Source of the DNA: Flavobacteriales bacterium
GTDB lineage: Bacteria; Bacteroidota; Bacteroidia; CAIKAF01
Direction: 5' to 3'
DNA: 64,000 nt
NCBI GenBank assembly: GCA_040376605.1
Contig: JBEIQI010000001.1
Coordinates: 5,191-69,190, forward strand
Under the pieces are notes generated by a model. That model ran no database searches and was not told where the DNA came from. It was given only the letters and a program-made list of their open reading frames with translations. The translations under genes and the position numbers were made by a program. This document shows positions 1-9,282 of this stretch, piece by piece. Every line of letters begins with the position of its first letter. Position 1 is the stretch's first letter.

Positions 1-1162
1 CTTCCGGTTCCATAATTGAAATAGGTTGGTTGGATTGGATACAGATAGAACTCGCCATGGCGATTCGATGATCGTTATAAGTATTAAATTGCATTTCTTT
101 GGGCCAGGGATGAAAATTAATTATTTCCAAACTTTTGTTGGTGGTGATGCAATCAGTTCCAGTTTTTTCCAGTTCCGTTTTTATAGATTCGATACGATTA
201 GATTCTTTTAGTTGAAGAGTATCCAAACCTGTAAACTTTGCTTTTAAGCGCAAGGTGGCACAGCTAAATGTCAACGCTGGGAATAAGTCCGGCTCATTTA
301 TTAAATCAAACTCAAGGCCTTCTTCTGTAAGGCCTTGGCCTGTTTTTTCAATAAGAACCCCGTGTGGTGTTTCGGTGGATTTTACTCCCAGTTGATTAAA
401 ATATTGAGCCGCTTTTTTATCTCCTTGCAAACTTTCAAAAGATAGTTGATTCAATAAAATTTTATCACCAATATTTCCGCAAGCAATATGACCATACCAA
501 AATGCTGCAGCACTCCAATCTTTTTCTATGGTATAATTAGCCGGCAAATAAGCTTGAGGTAAGATTTTAATATGATTGTACTCCCAAACCGATTTGATGC
601 CGAAATGATGCATGAGCCCCAACGTCATATCAATATAAGGCCGTGATACCAATGTCCCATCTAATTCTAATGTTAAACCATTTTCCAGGACGGGGGCAAT
701 CATTAACAAACTTGAAATGAACTGAGAGCTGGTGCTACCATCTATGTTAACTGCACCACCCGTTAATTTTTTCCCATGAATTTCAAGTGGGGGATATCCT
801 ATTTCCTTTAAATAGTGAATATCCGCTCCTAATAAACTTAAACAATCTACCAGCTTGCCAACAGGTCTTTCAAGCATTCTTTCACTCCCAGTTATAACCG
901 ACATTCCCGGCTTGATGGATAAAAGGCTAATTAAAAAACGCATATTGGTACCTGCCGGTCCAACATCATACAAATAGGTTTCTTTTTTAAGCAAATCCAC
1001 CAGGTTTTGGGTATCAGAGGAGCTGGATAAATCCATCAATTCAATTTTCTCGTTGCATAATGCCTGAATAATCAAAGCTCGGTTGCTTAGGCTTTTGGAA
1101 CTTGGCAGTTGTATTGCAGCCTGAGTAAATTCAGCTATTTTATGGAGGCTTATTGTATTCAT
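1..1162 (-). CDS. aroA: 3-phosphoshikimate 1-carboxyvinyltransferase (EPSP synthase); C-terminus runs off the window start
   Basis: Minus-strand translation from ATG (complement of 1160-1162) reads MNTISLHKIAEF...LKAKFTGLDTLQLKESNRIES...DHRIAMA, the typical EPSPS layout with a glyphosate-site-like DVGPAGTNMRFL. Not in the ORF track because the frame runs off the window. Its start overlaps the aroB stop (ATGA). Confidence 0.8.
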   Translation of the reverse strand, partial: MNTISLHKIAEFTQAAIQLPSSKSLSNRALIIQALCNEKIELMDLSSSSDTQNLVDLLKKETYLYDVGPAGTNMRFLISLLSIKPGMSVITGSERMLERPVGKLVDCLSLLGADIHYLKEIGYPPLEIHGKKLTGGAVNIDGSTSSQFISSLLMIAPVLENGLTLELDGTLVSRPYIDMTLGLMHHFGIKSVWEYNHIKILPQAYLPANYTIEKDWSAAAFWYGHIACGNIGDKILLNQLSFESLQGDKKAAQYFNQLGVKSTETPHGVLIEKTGQGLTEEGLEFDLINEPDLFPALTFSCATLRLKAKFTGLDTLQLKESNRIESIKTELEKTGTDCITTNKSLEIINFHPWPKEMQFNTYNDHRIAMASSICIQSNQPISIMEPE

Positions 1163-2205
1163 CTTTGTCGATAATAATGCCAAGCCTTCAAAATGATTTC
1201 ATCGGAACAAGTATCATTAAAGGAAGCATCGCCAATTTTACGAATCAAACTAAAATGAATATGATTTTGTTGATTTTTTTTATCCTGCTTCATCTGAATT
1301 AACAAGGCATCTATATCTATTTGTTTAACATCTATCGTTCCAAAAAACTCAACGATCGTTTTTTCAATTTCTACCCATTCTGATTCCGGTAAATAGCCCA
1401 ATTCTTTGGATATATAAGATTCTATAATAAGCCCGGCGGCCACTGCTTCTCCATGGGTTACAGTTGATTCTGTTGCTAGTTTTATCGCTTCAATTGCATG
1501 CCCAATGGTATGCCCGGCATTCAGAATTTTCCTAAGTCCTATTTCGTAAGGATCTTTAGCTACGATGGATTCTTTTATTTCTACAGATCTTGAAATGATT
1601 AAATCAATTTGATCGAGGGGGGTGGTCCGAATTTGGTTCCAAAACTCTTTATCTGCAATTAATCCATGTTTAAATGCTTCAGCTATACCACTTTTTAATT
1701 CTTTTTGGGGTAAAGTATCCAGAAACTTTTTAGAAATAACCGTTAACTCCGGAAAACCAATGGTACCCAATAGGTTTTTATAGCCCTGAAAATCAATGCC
1801 ATTTTTGCCACCAATAGAGGCATCAATTTGGGCTAAAAGGGTTGTGGGTACATGCAGATAGCTGATCCCTCGTTTATAAATGCTAGCCGCAAATGCCCCT
1901 ATATCGCAGATAACACCACCGCCCAGATTAATCAAACATGCATTTTTATCTGCATTCATTTGAGTTAGTTGAGAAAGGATAAATAACAATTGATCGGTAT
2001 TTTTATTTTGCTCTCCGGCTGGGATTTCTATTATATCCGGTTGTATAAGTGCTGGTGATTGTTCAAGGACGTATGGTAAACAATACTGTTGGGTATGGTT
2101 GTCGACAAGAATGATAAACCTTTTCTTATTGGATTGGGCTGATATATAGCTATTCAGCGCGGTTAACGAAGGGTCAATGATGATTTGTTGTGGTATTTTG
2201 GTCAT
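1159..2205 (-). CDS. aroB: 3-dehydroquinate synthase
   Basis: 348 aa. N-terminal Rossmann region (FIILVDNHTQQYCLP), the GGGVICDIGAFAASIYKRGISYLHVPTTLLAQIDASIGGKNGID motif characteristic of DHQ synthase, and H..H metal ligands. Shikimate pathway neighbour aroA. Confidence 0.85.
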   Translation of the reverse strand: MTKIPQQIIIDPSLTALNSYISAQSNKKRFIILVDNHTQQYCLPYVLEQSPALIQPDIIEIPAGEQNKNTDQLLFILSQLTQMNADKNACLINLGGGVICDIGAFAASIYKRGISYLHVPTTLLAQIDASIGGKNGIDFQGYKNLLGTIGFPELTVISKKFLDTLPQKELKSGIAEAFKHGLIADKEFWNQIRTTPLDQIDLIISRSVEIKESIVAKDPYEIGLRKILNAGHTIGHAIEAIKLATESTVTHGEAVAAGLIIESYISKELGYLPESEWVEIEKTIVEFFGTIDVKQIDIDALLIQMKQDKKNQQNHIHFSLIRKIGDASFNDTCSDEIILKAWHYYRQR

Positions 2206-2360
2206 TATTAATTTTGTTCTGCCCGCTTTAAGAATATCAATATTAGTAGTGATTGTTGAATTAACAAAATTAGTTTAGGTTTGCAACATAATTGAAGGGG
2301 AAGCGGTGTATGCCCAACCTCATTTATTCAGTTGAACAAGAGATTTAAATTGGCGCAATC

Positions 2361-3530
2361 ATGTTGAGCTTTGATAATACGCAGATCGCTTTTGAAAGCA
2401 AATCCAACGCTGAATTAAAAAGGGCGCATTTTCTATTTAATGTAATTGGGAAAAAGTGGGTAGTTGGAATGGGTAGGGGACTTACCAATTTTGCTTTTAG
2501 TATAGGATTGCCCATAAAATCCATTATTAAGGCCACCATTTTTAAGCAATTTGTGGGTGGTGAAAATATTCAGGATTGCGAAAAGGCCATGCAGTCATTA
2601 AGTAATTATAAAATTGGAACGATCTTGGATTATTCTGTAGAAGGAAAAGAATCAGAGGAAAGTTTTATGGCTGCTGAGAAGGAAATTTTAAGAACCATTG
2701 AAAAGGCCAAATTAGATTCTAGAATTTCATTTTCCGTATTTAAGGTTACTGGTTTGGGGCGACATGAAATTCTTGAAAAGCAAAGCAAAAAATCGGCACT
2801 TTCCCCATCAGATCAGTTAGAATGGGATCAAATTTATCAAAGGGTATTGAATATTTGTACGGCTTCATTTCAAATTGGGAGGCCTATATTTATTGATGCA
2901 GAAGAGAGTTGGATTCAGCCGGCCATTGATGATTTGGCATTGGATATGATGAGGAAATTTAATAAGGAAAAATGTATTGTTTACAATACTGCACAATTAT
3001 ATCGTCACGATCGATTAGATTATTTGAAAGAATTGTTTTCGACTGCCCAAAAGGAAAATTTTTATATGGGCTTAAAGCTGGTTCGTGGGGCTTATATGGA
3101 GAAAGAAAGAAAAAGGGCTCAGGAGATGGGTTATATGGATCCTATTCAACCCAATAAAGAAGCCTCAGACAGAGATTTTGATCTAGCCTTAATGTTTTGT
3201 GTGGAGCATATAGAAAGAGTGGCCATTTGTTTGGGAACACATAATGAAACAAGCAGTTTAAAGTTGGCTCAACAGCTGGCTGAAAGAAAAATTTCATTAA
3301 ACCATCCACATATATATTTTGCTCAATTACTTGGAATGAGTGATCATATTAGTTATAATTTAAGTAAGGATGGTTATAATGTAGCCAAGTACGTTCCTTA
3401 TGGACCTGTAAAGGAGGTGCTTCCCTATTTGATTCGAAGGGCTGAGGAAAATACTTCAGTAGAAGGGCAAACAGGTAGAGAACTCTCTTTAATTAAAAAG
3501 GAATTACATCGAAGAAAATCAGCTTATTAG
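2361..3530 (+). CDS. Monofunctional proline dehydrogenase (PRODH domain only)
   Basis: 389 aa. FIDAEESWIQPAIDDLALDMM...LKLVRGAYMEKER...VPYGPVKEVLPYLIRRAEEN is typical of the PutA PRODH TIM-barrel. No P5C dehydrogenase domain. Confidence 0.75.
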   Translation: MLSFDNTQIAFESKSNAELKRAHFLFNVIGKKWVVGMGRGLTNFAFSIGLPIKSIIKATIFKQFVGGENIQDCEKAMQSLSNYKIGTILDYSVEGKESEESFMAAEKEILRTIEKAKLDSRISFSVFKVTGLGRHEILEKQSKKSALSPSDQLEWDQIYQRVLNICTASFQIGRPIFIDAEESWIQPAIDDLALDMMRKFNKEKCIVYNTAQLYRHDRLDYLKELFSTAQKENFYMGLKLVRGAYMEKERKRAQEMGYMDPIQPNKEASDRDFDLALMFCVEHIERVAICLGTHNETSSLKLAQQLAERKISLNHPHIYFAQLLGMSDHISYNLSKDGYNVAKYVPYGPVKEVLPYLIRRAEENTSVEGQTGRELSLIKKELHRRKSAY

Positions 3531-3630
3531 TGCTGTGACTCCATCATTTTTTCAATTTTCTGCTTATTAATTAATGGCCTTATTTGAACCGAGCTAGGTT
3601 TTAGGTGTAGGTTTCAAAAAAATATAAGCC

Positions 3631-4545
3631 ATGAATAGAACAAAATTAGCCATTACCCTTTTTATCATTTCCTTTTTTAGTGGAATTCTAACCGCTCAAC
3701 AAGCAGAAATGTCAAGGTATTACAATGCGGTTGCGGGAAGCAACGTTCCAATGGTTGCTGAAAAGGACCATCAAGGAAATCTCAAAAAAAATGACAAGGG
3801 AGAAGTTATTTACAAGGAAGTGCAACGAGATAGTTATGGAAATGCACAAGGAAATCAATATGATTTGGCTGTGGATGGTGCATTTGAAGGTCAAACCATT
3901 TTGGTTTTACAATTGTATGCCGAAAGCAGTTTTGATTTTAAATCACCCGAAAAGGCGTTAAAAGAAAAAGGATTTGGGGTATTTCGATATATCAGCAATC
4001 CGCCGGATGCATTGCAGCTTAAGAAGGATTTGAGTCAATCTTGTCAGCTATGGATCATTTCGGATAGTTACAGTAAATTAAATGATGACCATTTAAAAGT
4101 GATCAAACAGTTTTTTGATGATGGACATGGAATATACATATGGGGTGATAATGACCCTTATTATGCAGATGCCAATAAGGTGGCCAATTGCCTGTTTGAT
4201 GGGGAAATGACGGGGAATTTAATGGGAGATCATCCGGTAGGAATTCAGGTGGATAAAACTTCACCTGGTATAAGAGAAGGACATTTGGTAACCACAGGAC
4301 TTGAAACAGTTTATGAAGGGATTACCATTGCGACCATTTCGGAGAATGAAAGTTTACAGCCATTAATTTATGGATCGGAAGGTAATTTGGTAACGGCGGT
4401 TTATGAGAAAAATGGGAAAAGAGCCATATTGGATGGGGGATTTACCAGGCTCTATTATAAATGGGAAACTGCGGGAACCGATCGGTATGTAAAAAATGCT
4501 GCCGCCTGGTTGGTGAATATGGAAAACTTAAGCCTGAAGAATTAG
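3631..4545 (+). CDS. Hypothetical secreted protein (signal peptide)
   Basis: 304 aa. N-terminal signal MNRTKLAITLFIISFFSGILTAQQ. No family recognised by eye. Confidence 0.5.
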   Translation: MNRTKLAITLFIISFFSGILTAQQAEMSRYYNAVAGSNVPMVAEKDHQGNLKKNDKGEVIYKEVQRDSYGNAQGNQYDLAVDGAFEGQTILVLQLYAESSFDFKSPEKALKEKGFGVFRYISNPPDALQLKKDLSQSCQLWIISDSYSKLNDDHLKVIKQFFDDGHGIYIWGDNDPYYADANKVANCLFDGEMTGNLMGDHPVGIQVDKTSPGIREGHLVTTGLETVYEGITIATISENESLQPLIYGSEGNLVTAVYEKNGKRAILDGGFTRLYYKWETAGTDRYVKNAAAWLVNMENLSLKN

Positions 4546-4548
4546 CCA

Positions 4549-4606
4549 ATTATTATTTATACCAATAATCAGGAGTGAGATCCTGATTATTGGTATAAAT
4601 AATTGA
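4549..4606 (+). terminator. Long near-perfect inverted repeat (about 24-bp stem, 6-nt loop) immediately after the 3631-4545 CDS; probable intrinsic terminator or structural element
   Basis: caattattatttataccaataatcagga-gtgaga-tcctgattattggtataaataattg, followed by AT-rich sequence. Confidence 0.55.
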
Positions 4607-4843
4607 TAAATAAAAATTTAATATATATATATAAACAAATAGTTTAATTAATACCTTCATTTAACATCGTTGATCCTTCATTTGTACTATCACGCTAGTT
4701 ATAATAGTTTAAATATCTGTAAATAAGAATTATATGAATTAATAACATGTTAATAACTCAGTGATTTGTTAAATCATTGAAATAATTCATGAATTCTCCT
4801 GTTCCACGAATTAAAATAATTTAATTCAATCTACTTTTGTACC

Positions 4844-5371
4844 ATGATGGGTTTCGAATTGTTATCGGATGAATTGCTGAAAAAAGCTAGTAAGATTAAA
4901 TTATTGATAACGGATTGTGATGGTGTATTAACCGATAACGGAGTTTATTATTCCGAAACAGGCGAATTCACCAAACGATTTTCCATTCGAGATGGCATGG
5001 GTGTTGAGCGATTAAGAACGCAAGTTGGGGTAGAAACCTCCATTATGACAGGTGAAAATTCAATGTCTGTTTTTAAAAGAGCGGAGAAACTCAAGATTAA
5101 ATTTTTGTACCAGGGCATAAAAGATAAAAAGGCCATTTTGCCGGAGGTGCTTGTTGCTGCAGGTGTTACTCCAAGCGAGATTGCTTATATTGGAGATGAT
5201 ACCAATGATATTGAAATCATCAAAGAAATTGGGTTTTCGGCAACTCCTGCTGATGGAACCATTTTTACAAAAGAAATAGTAGACTATATTTGTAAAGAAA
5301 AAGGCGGCTATGGTGCGTTTAGAGAACTCGCAGAATTAATCATTTTCGCTAAGAACAAAAATAAACAATAG
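4844..5371 (+). CDS. HAD-IIIA family sugar-acid phosphate phosphatase (KdsC / KDN-9-P phosphatase type)
   Basis: 175 aa. DxD motif (LLITDCDGVLTDNGVYY), conserved IMTGENS...KDK...GDDTNDIEI, same size and architecture as KdsC. Adjacent to a NeuB-family synthase. Confidence 0.75.
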   Translation: MMGFELLSDELLKKASKIKLLITDCDGVLTDNGVYYSETGEFTKRFSIRDGMGVERLRTQVGVETSIMTGENSMSVFKRAEKLKIKFLYQGIKDKKAILPEVLVAAGVTPSEIAYIGDDTNDIEIIKEIGFSATPADGTIFTKEIVDYICKEKGGYGAFRELAELIIFAKNKNKQ

Positions 5372-5383
5372 GGTTTAAAGAGA

Positions 5384-6265
5384 ATGAGAAGAGTTGATAT
5401 AAAAAATGGCAGAAGCATTGGTGATGGTTTTCCTACTTATATAATTGCAGAAATAGGCATTAATCATAATGGCTCTATTGATATTACTAAAAAATTGATT
5501 GATTCTGCAATCAAGTCTGGATGCGATGCCGTTAAATTTCAAAAGCGGACTCCCGAAATTTGTGTACCCAGAGATCAATGGGATAAAGAAAGAGAAACCC
5601 CTTGGGGGAAAATGAGCTATATCGATTATAAAAAGAAAATTGAATTTTCTGAAGATGATTATGCAGCCATTGATAAATATTGTAAAAAGCAAGGAATAGA
5701 CTGGTTTGCTTCATGTTGGGATGAACCTTCAGTAGATTTTATTGAACATTTCGATCCGGTTATTTATAAAATGGCATCGGCTTCTTTAACTGATTTTCCC
5801 TTATTAACCAAGGTGAGATCCACTGGTAAACCCATTATCATTTCCACTGGCATGAGTACTATGGAAGAAATTCACGCTGCCGTTAAACATTTAGGAACGG
5901 ACAATTTGTTAATAGCCCATTCTACCTCGGCATATCCATGCGTTCCCAACGAATTGAACTTGCGTATGGTGGTTAGTCTAAGAGAATTATTTCCAACATG
6001 CCCAATTGGATATTCAGGACATGAAACCGGATTAGCTACTACTGAAGCCACCATAGCTTTAGGAGCTAATTTTATAGAACGTCATTTTACTTTAGATAGG
6101 GCCATGTGGGGAACCGATCATGCTGCATCTGTTGAGCCAGAAGGTATGAGCAGATTGGTAAGAAATATTCGCGACATCGAAATAGCTTTAGGGGATGGGA
6201 TAAAAAAAGTCTATGAAAGCGAAAAAGAACCTATTAAAAGATTAAGAAGGGTACATCTCACGTAA
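5384..6265 (+). CDS. NeuB-family (sialic acid / KDN-9-P synthase type) aldolase, short form lacking the C-terminal SAF/antifreeze-like domain
   Basis: 293 aa. N-terminal FPTYIIAEIGINHNGSIDITKKLIDSAIKSGCDAVKFQKR is the hallmark NeuB/PseI/LegI motif. At 293 aa it is about 50 aa shorter than canonical NeuB. Confidence 0.75.
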   Translation: MRRVDIKNGRSIGDGFPTYIIAEIGINHNGSIDITKKLIDSAIKSGCDAVKFQKRTPEICVPRDQWDKERETPWGKMSYIDYKKKIEFSEDDYAAIDKYCKKQGIDWFASCWDEPSVDFIEHFDPVIYKMASASLTDFPLLTKVRSTGKPIIISTGMSTMEEIHAAVKHLGTDNLLIAHSTSAYPCVPNELNLRMVVSLRELFPTCPIGYSGHETGLATTEATIALGANFIERHFTLDRAMWGTDHAASVEPEGMSRLVRNIRDIEIALGDGIKKVYESEKEPIKRLRRVHLT

Positions 6266-6268
6266 ATA

Positions 6269-7243
6269 ATGATCGAAAAAATTATTCATTTTTTTTCATC
6301 TATTAATTGGAACAGCGCCGAAACTATTTCAAGCATCATTATCGTATCCGCTGTTGTATTATTTTCTATTCTCGAACGGTTATTTCCATATCAAAAGGGA
6401 ATCCCATATTTTAGAAAGGGGTGGTATATCGATTTAATTTGGTACACTTTTATTCAAAGCTTTATTTTAAAAATTGTCATTTTTACATGGATCATTGGTC
6501 CGGTGCATGATCTTTTAAATTTACCAACTGAAGGGATTTTATCCCATTGGCCATTATGGGCACTCATATTATTCTATTTTATTACCCATGATTTTTATAT
6601 GTATTGGATGCATCGTTGGCAACATTATAATAAAATATTATGGAGAACCCACGAGGCGCACCATAGTGTTGAACAAGTTGATTTTATTGCAGGTAGTAGA
6701 TCCAATATGATTGAAATTATCATTAATCAAACCATAGAATTTGCACCCATTGTTCTATTACTTGATGTGGAAACGGGAATTTTGGTTACCTATATAAAAG
6801 CATCTATTGATGCGGTTTATGGTCAATTTATTCATGCCAATTTAAATGTAAAAATGGGCAAACTGGGTTATATATTTAATGGGCCTATTTTGCATCAATG
6901 GCATCATGGCGACCAAGTGGAGGTATATCATGCCAATTTTGCCACTAAATTATCACTATGGGACTACATGTTCGGAACGGCCTATAATCCAAATAAAAAA
7001 CCCGAACGTTATGGGGTTTGGTATAGATTTCCCAAGGATTGGTTTATGCAACATGTTTTTTCGTTGGTTAGGTTTAATGTTGGAAAACTGGAGGATTCAA
7101 AGGCTTGTAGTTGGTATTTTAATTTTAGAGTAAATTTGATCAAGTTGTTTTTTAAATGGTGGAAGAAAATATTTGGGTTTAGGCTAAATAAAAGAAAATT
7201 GATCGAAGGCGAATTGTATGGACCCAAACCCGAGCTCGTATAA
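6269..7243 (+). CDS. Fatty acid hydroxylase / sterol desaturase superfamily integral membrane protein (di-iron, His-box)
   Basis: 324 aa. Multiple TM segments and three His boxes (HDFYMYWMHRWQH, HEAHHS, HQWHHGD). Confidence 0.75.
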   Translation: MIEKIIHFFSSINWNSAETISSIIIVSAVVLFSILERLFPYQKGIPYFRKGWYIDLIWYTFIQSFILKIVIFTWIIGPVHDLLNLPTEGILSHWPLWALILFYFITHDFYMYWMHRWQHYNKILWRTHEAHHSVEQVDFIAGSRSNMIEIIINQTIEFAPIVLLLDVETGILVTYIKASIDAVYGQFIHANLNVKMGKLGYIFNGPILHQWHHGDQVEVYHANFATKLSLWDYMFGTAYNPNKKPERYGVWYRFPKDWFMQHVFSLVRFNVGKLEDSKACSWYFNFRVNLIKLFFKWWKKIFGFRLNKRKLIEGELYGPKPELV

Positions 7244-7260
7244 CTCAATTATTAATAAAA

Positions 7261-7632
7261 TTGACAGTATCCTTTATTTATTTAATCATTGCATCAGCTT
7301 TCCAATTGGCATGGTTGTATAATATAAAGCTCATGCCAAAGGGAATTTGGAGTCAATTAAAACAAGGTAAAATATTTACTAAAGTTTTCTGGAAAGCAAT
7401 TTTGCCCATTTTCCTTTATATCTTGTTTAGTATTTCAAATATTGTTTTTCTTACCATGGCCATGCACGACATCCCAGCCTCTATTGCCTATGCAGTATGG
7501 ACCGGTTTGGTTATTGCAGTTTCAACCGTTATAGATCAGATTGTTTTAAAAAATGGCTTTAACTGGCTTAAGTATTTGTTTTTATTGATGATTACCCTGG
7601 GTATTATTGGTTTAAAGCTTTCAACTAAATAA
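7261..7632 (+). CDS. Small multidrug resistance (SMR/DMT) family protein, subunit 1 of a tandem pair (TTG start); TM1 Glu replaced by Gln
   Basis: 123 aa, 4 TM. C-terminal half DIPASIAYAVWTGLVIAVS...LGIIGLKL matches the SugE/EmrE signature. TM1 reads SAFQLAW where the family has the catalytic Glu. Confidence 0.6.
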   Translation: MTVSFIYLIIASAFQLAWLYNIKLMPKGIWSQLKQGKIFTKVFWKAILPIFLYILFSISNIVFLTMAMHDIPASIAYAVWTGLVIAVSTVIDQIVLKNGFNWLKYLFLLMITLGIIGLKLSTK

Positions 7633-7635
7633 AGG

Positions 7636-8007
7636 ATGCGCTGGATTTATCTCATACTTGCCTCCTGTTGCGAAATTGCTTGGTTTTATTGTATTGGCTA
7701 TCTTAATCAATTAACATTTAAGGAGTTATATACATTTTCATTTCTAGAAAAGGAGGAGGTTTTATTGATTATGGGAGCCATCCTTAGCTATATTTTATTT
7801 GGGATAGCCAATATGTTGTTGTTTATGAAAGCTATGCAAAAAATTCCGGCATCTATTGCTTTCTCCATCTGGACAGGGGTTGCCTTGGTTGGAATTACCA
7901 TTATTGATGGTCTTTTTCTCCACATTAACCTTTCTTTACTGCAAATTGGCAGCATTGCTTTTATCATCATTGGGGTGGTAGGGCTAAAGCGATATGTAAA
8001 TACCTAA
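7636..8007 (+). CDS. SMR family protein (SugE/Gdx-like), subunit 2 of the tandem pair
   Basis: 123 aa. MRWIYLILASCCEIAWFY keeps the TM1 Glu. KIPASIAFSIWTGVALVG...GVVGLK is the SugE-like signature. Confidence 0.65.
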   Translation: MRWIYLILASCCEIAWFYCIGYLNQLTFKELYTFSFLEKEEVLLIMGAILSYILFGIANMLLFMKAMQKIPASIAFSIWTGVALVGITIIDGLFLHINLSLLQIGSIAFIIIGVVGLKRYVNT

Positions 8008-8072
8008 GTTTGGTGATGTGGGTATTGAATAATTGTTGTATTTTTGAACACAACAAATTAGACTTTTTAATC

Positions 8073-9227
8073 ATGAAGAAACTTTATTTAGCACTTGTTT
8101 TATTTACAGGGTTATCTGTAGTTAATGCACAGCACCCAATAGAATCGGCACATAATACCAATGTTACTGTGCAACCTAAAAATACCAATCAGGATAGAGC
8201 TGTTGGTTATTATTTTGTAGACTACGAAGGATATGATGCTTCCTTAGGAACCTTAGAATCTGGAGTTTTATTTTTTAACCGTAGAAATCCAGTTTATTTT
8301 GGAACTTCTACATTAGGTATGGGTGAAGCCGCAGTGGTTTTTGATACCATGATTGTTACTCAGGATTATTCAGTTTTTGATATCTATCCTGGAAATGCAG
8401 TACAAAATTTTGATGTGGATACAGCTTATATCGTTTTACACCATCAAAACAATTCTGGTTTAGCAGATACTATTATTCTTTCTATTAAGAATGTAGCTGC
8501 TAACGGAACTCCTGGTACTACCGTTATGTGGGCTGATACCATTATTACTACTGTAGCTTTAACTAATCCTCCTACAGGAACAGGTTATCCAATTTCTCAA
8601 TATGCTTTCCCAATTGATATGGCACCTATCGCTGGTGGTAAATTTAGTTTATTTGTAAACTATTACGGTGCAGCGGTTGATACCTTTGGTTTAATTAGTT
8701 CTAACAATACCTCTGGTGCTCCTTGTGCTAATGCTGCTGCTGGAAATGAAGCCATTACTTCTGAAGTATTCCCTTCATCATTCTACAGATATTGGAATGC
8801 TACTACCTTAAGCACTGTTCAACCCAATAACGTAGGTAGCGGTGGATTGTATATCGATTGTAATGGTAATGCGGCGGCTGATTGGTTAACTGAGCAAGCA
8901 GTTCAAACATTCAGCATTTGGGTTTCTGGTACACTTACCGATAACTTAGGAGTTGATGAAGAAGCTGCTGGTGTTCAAGTTAATGCTTATCCAAACCCTG
9001 CTACCGATTTCACCACTATTCAATTTACTTTGGTGGATGACGCCAGTGTTTCTGTAAACATTACCGATCTTTCTGGTAAAGTGGTTTATAACAATATTCT
9101 TGGTAAGCGTGATGCTGGTAGCAACAATATTGTTGTTAACACATCTGAGTTTAGCAATGGCGTTTACATGTACACTGTTAATGTAAATAACAAAAAAGTT
9201 ACAAGAAGAATTATTGTAAATAAATAG
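8073..9227 (+). CDS. Secreted protein with type-A T9SS C-terminal sorting domain (Por_Secre_tail)
   Basis: Track ORF 8010-9227. A better start is the Met of MKKLYLALVLFTGLSVVNAQ (signal peptide). The C-terminal about 80 aa (VNAYPNPATDFTTIQFTL...ITDLSGKVVY...NGVYMYTVNVNNKKVTRRIIVNK) is a classic T9SS CTD. Confidence 0.7.
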   Translation: MKKLYLALVLFTGLSVVNAQHPIESAHNTNVTVQPKNTNQDRAVGYYFVDYEGYDASLGTLESGVLFFNRRNPVYFGTSTLGMGEAAVVFDTMIVTQDYSVFDIYPGNAVQNFDVDTAYIVLHHQNNSGLADTIILSIKNVAANGTPGTTVMWADTIITTVALTNPPTGTGYPISQYAFPIDMAPIAGGKFSLFVNYYGAAVDTFGLISSNNTSGAPCANAAAGNEAITSEVFPSSFYRYWNATTLSTVQPNNVGSGGLYIDCNGNAAADWLTEQAVQTFSIWVSGTLTDNLGVDEEAAGVQVNAYPNPATDFTTIQFTLVDDASVSVNITDLSGKVVYNNILGKRDAGSNNIVVNTSEFSNGVYMYTVNVNNKKVTRRIIVNK

Positions 9228-9248
9228 TATATACTAATATTTATACGA

Positions 9249-9281
9249 AAAGGCTGTTCAGTAATGAACAGCCTTTTTTTA
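9249..9281 (+). terminator. Rho-independent terminator of the T9SS cargo gene
   Basis: aaaggctgttca-gtaa-tgaacagcc followed by TTTTTTT. Confidence 0.8.
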
Positions 9282-9282
9282 T

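Noticed and set aside
2972-3157. Short internal or antisense ORFs inside larger genes
   Set aside because: Examples are 2345-2539, 2972-3157, 3712-3961, 4948-5136, 5375-5714, 17016-17447, 18357-18626, 32197-32898 and 34131-34730. Each is fully embedded in, or antisense to, a long well-supported CDS. All have low-complexity or odd composition and are treated as spurious.
7261-8007. Guanidine (ykkC) riboswitch upstream of the SugE-like pair
   Set aside because: Only 17 nt separate the upstream hydroxylase stop from the first SMR gene, leaving no room for an aptamer. The pair is evidently co-transcribed with upstream genes.
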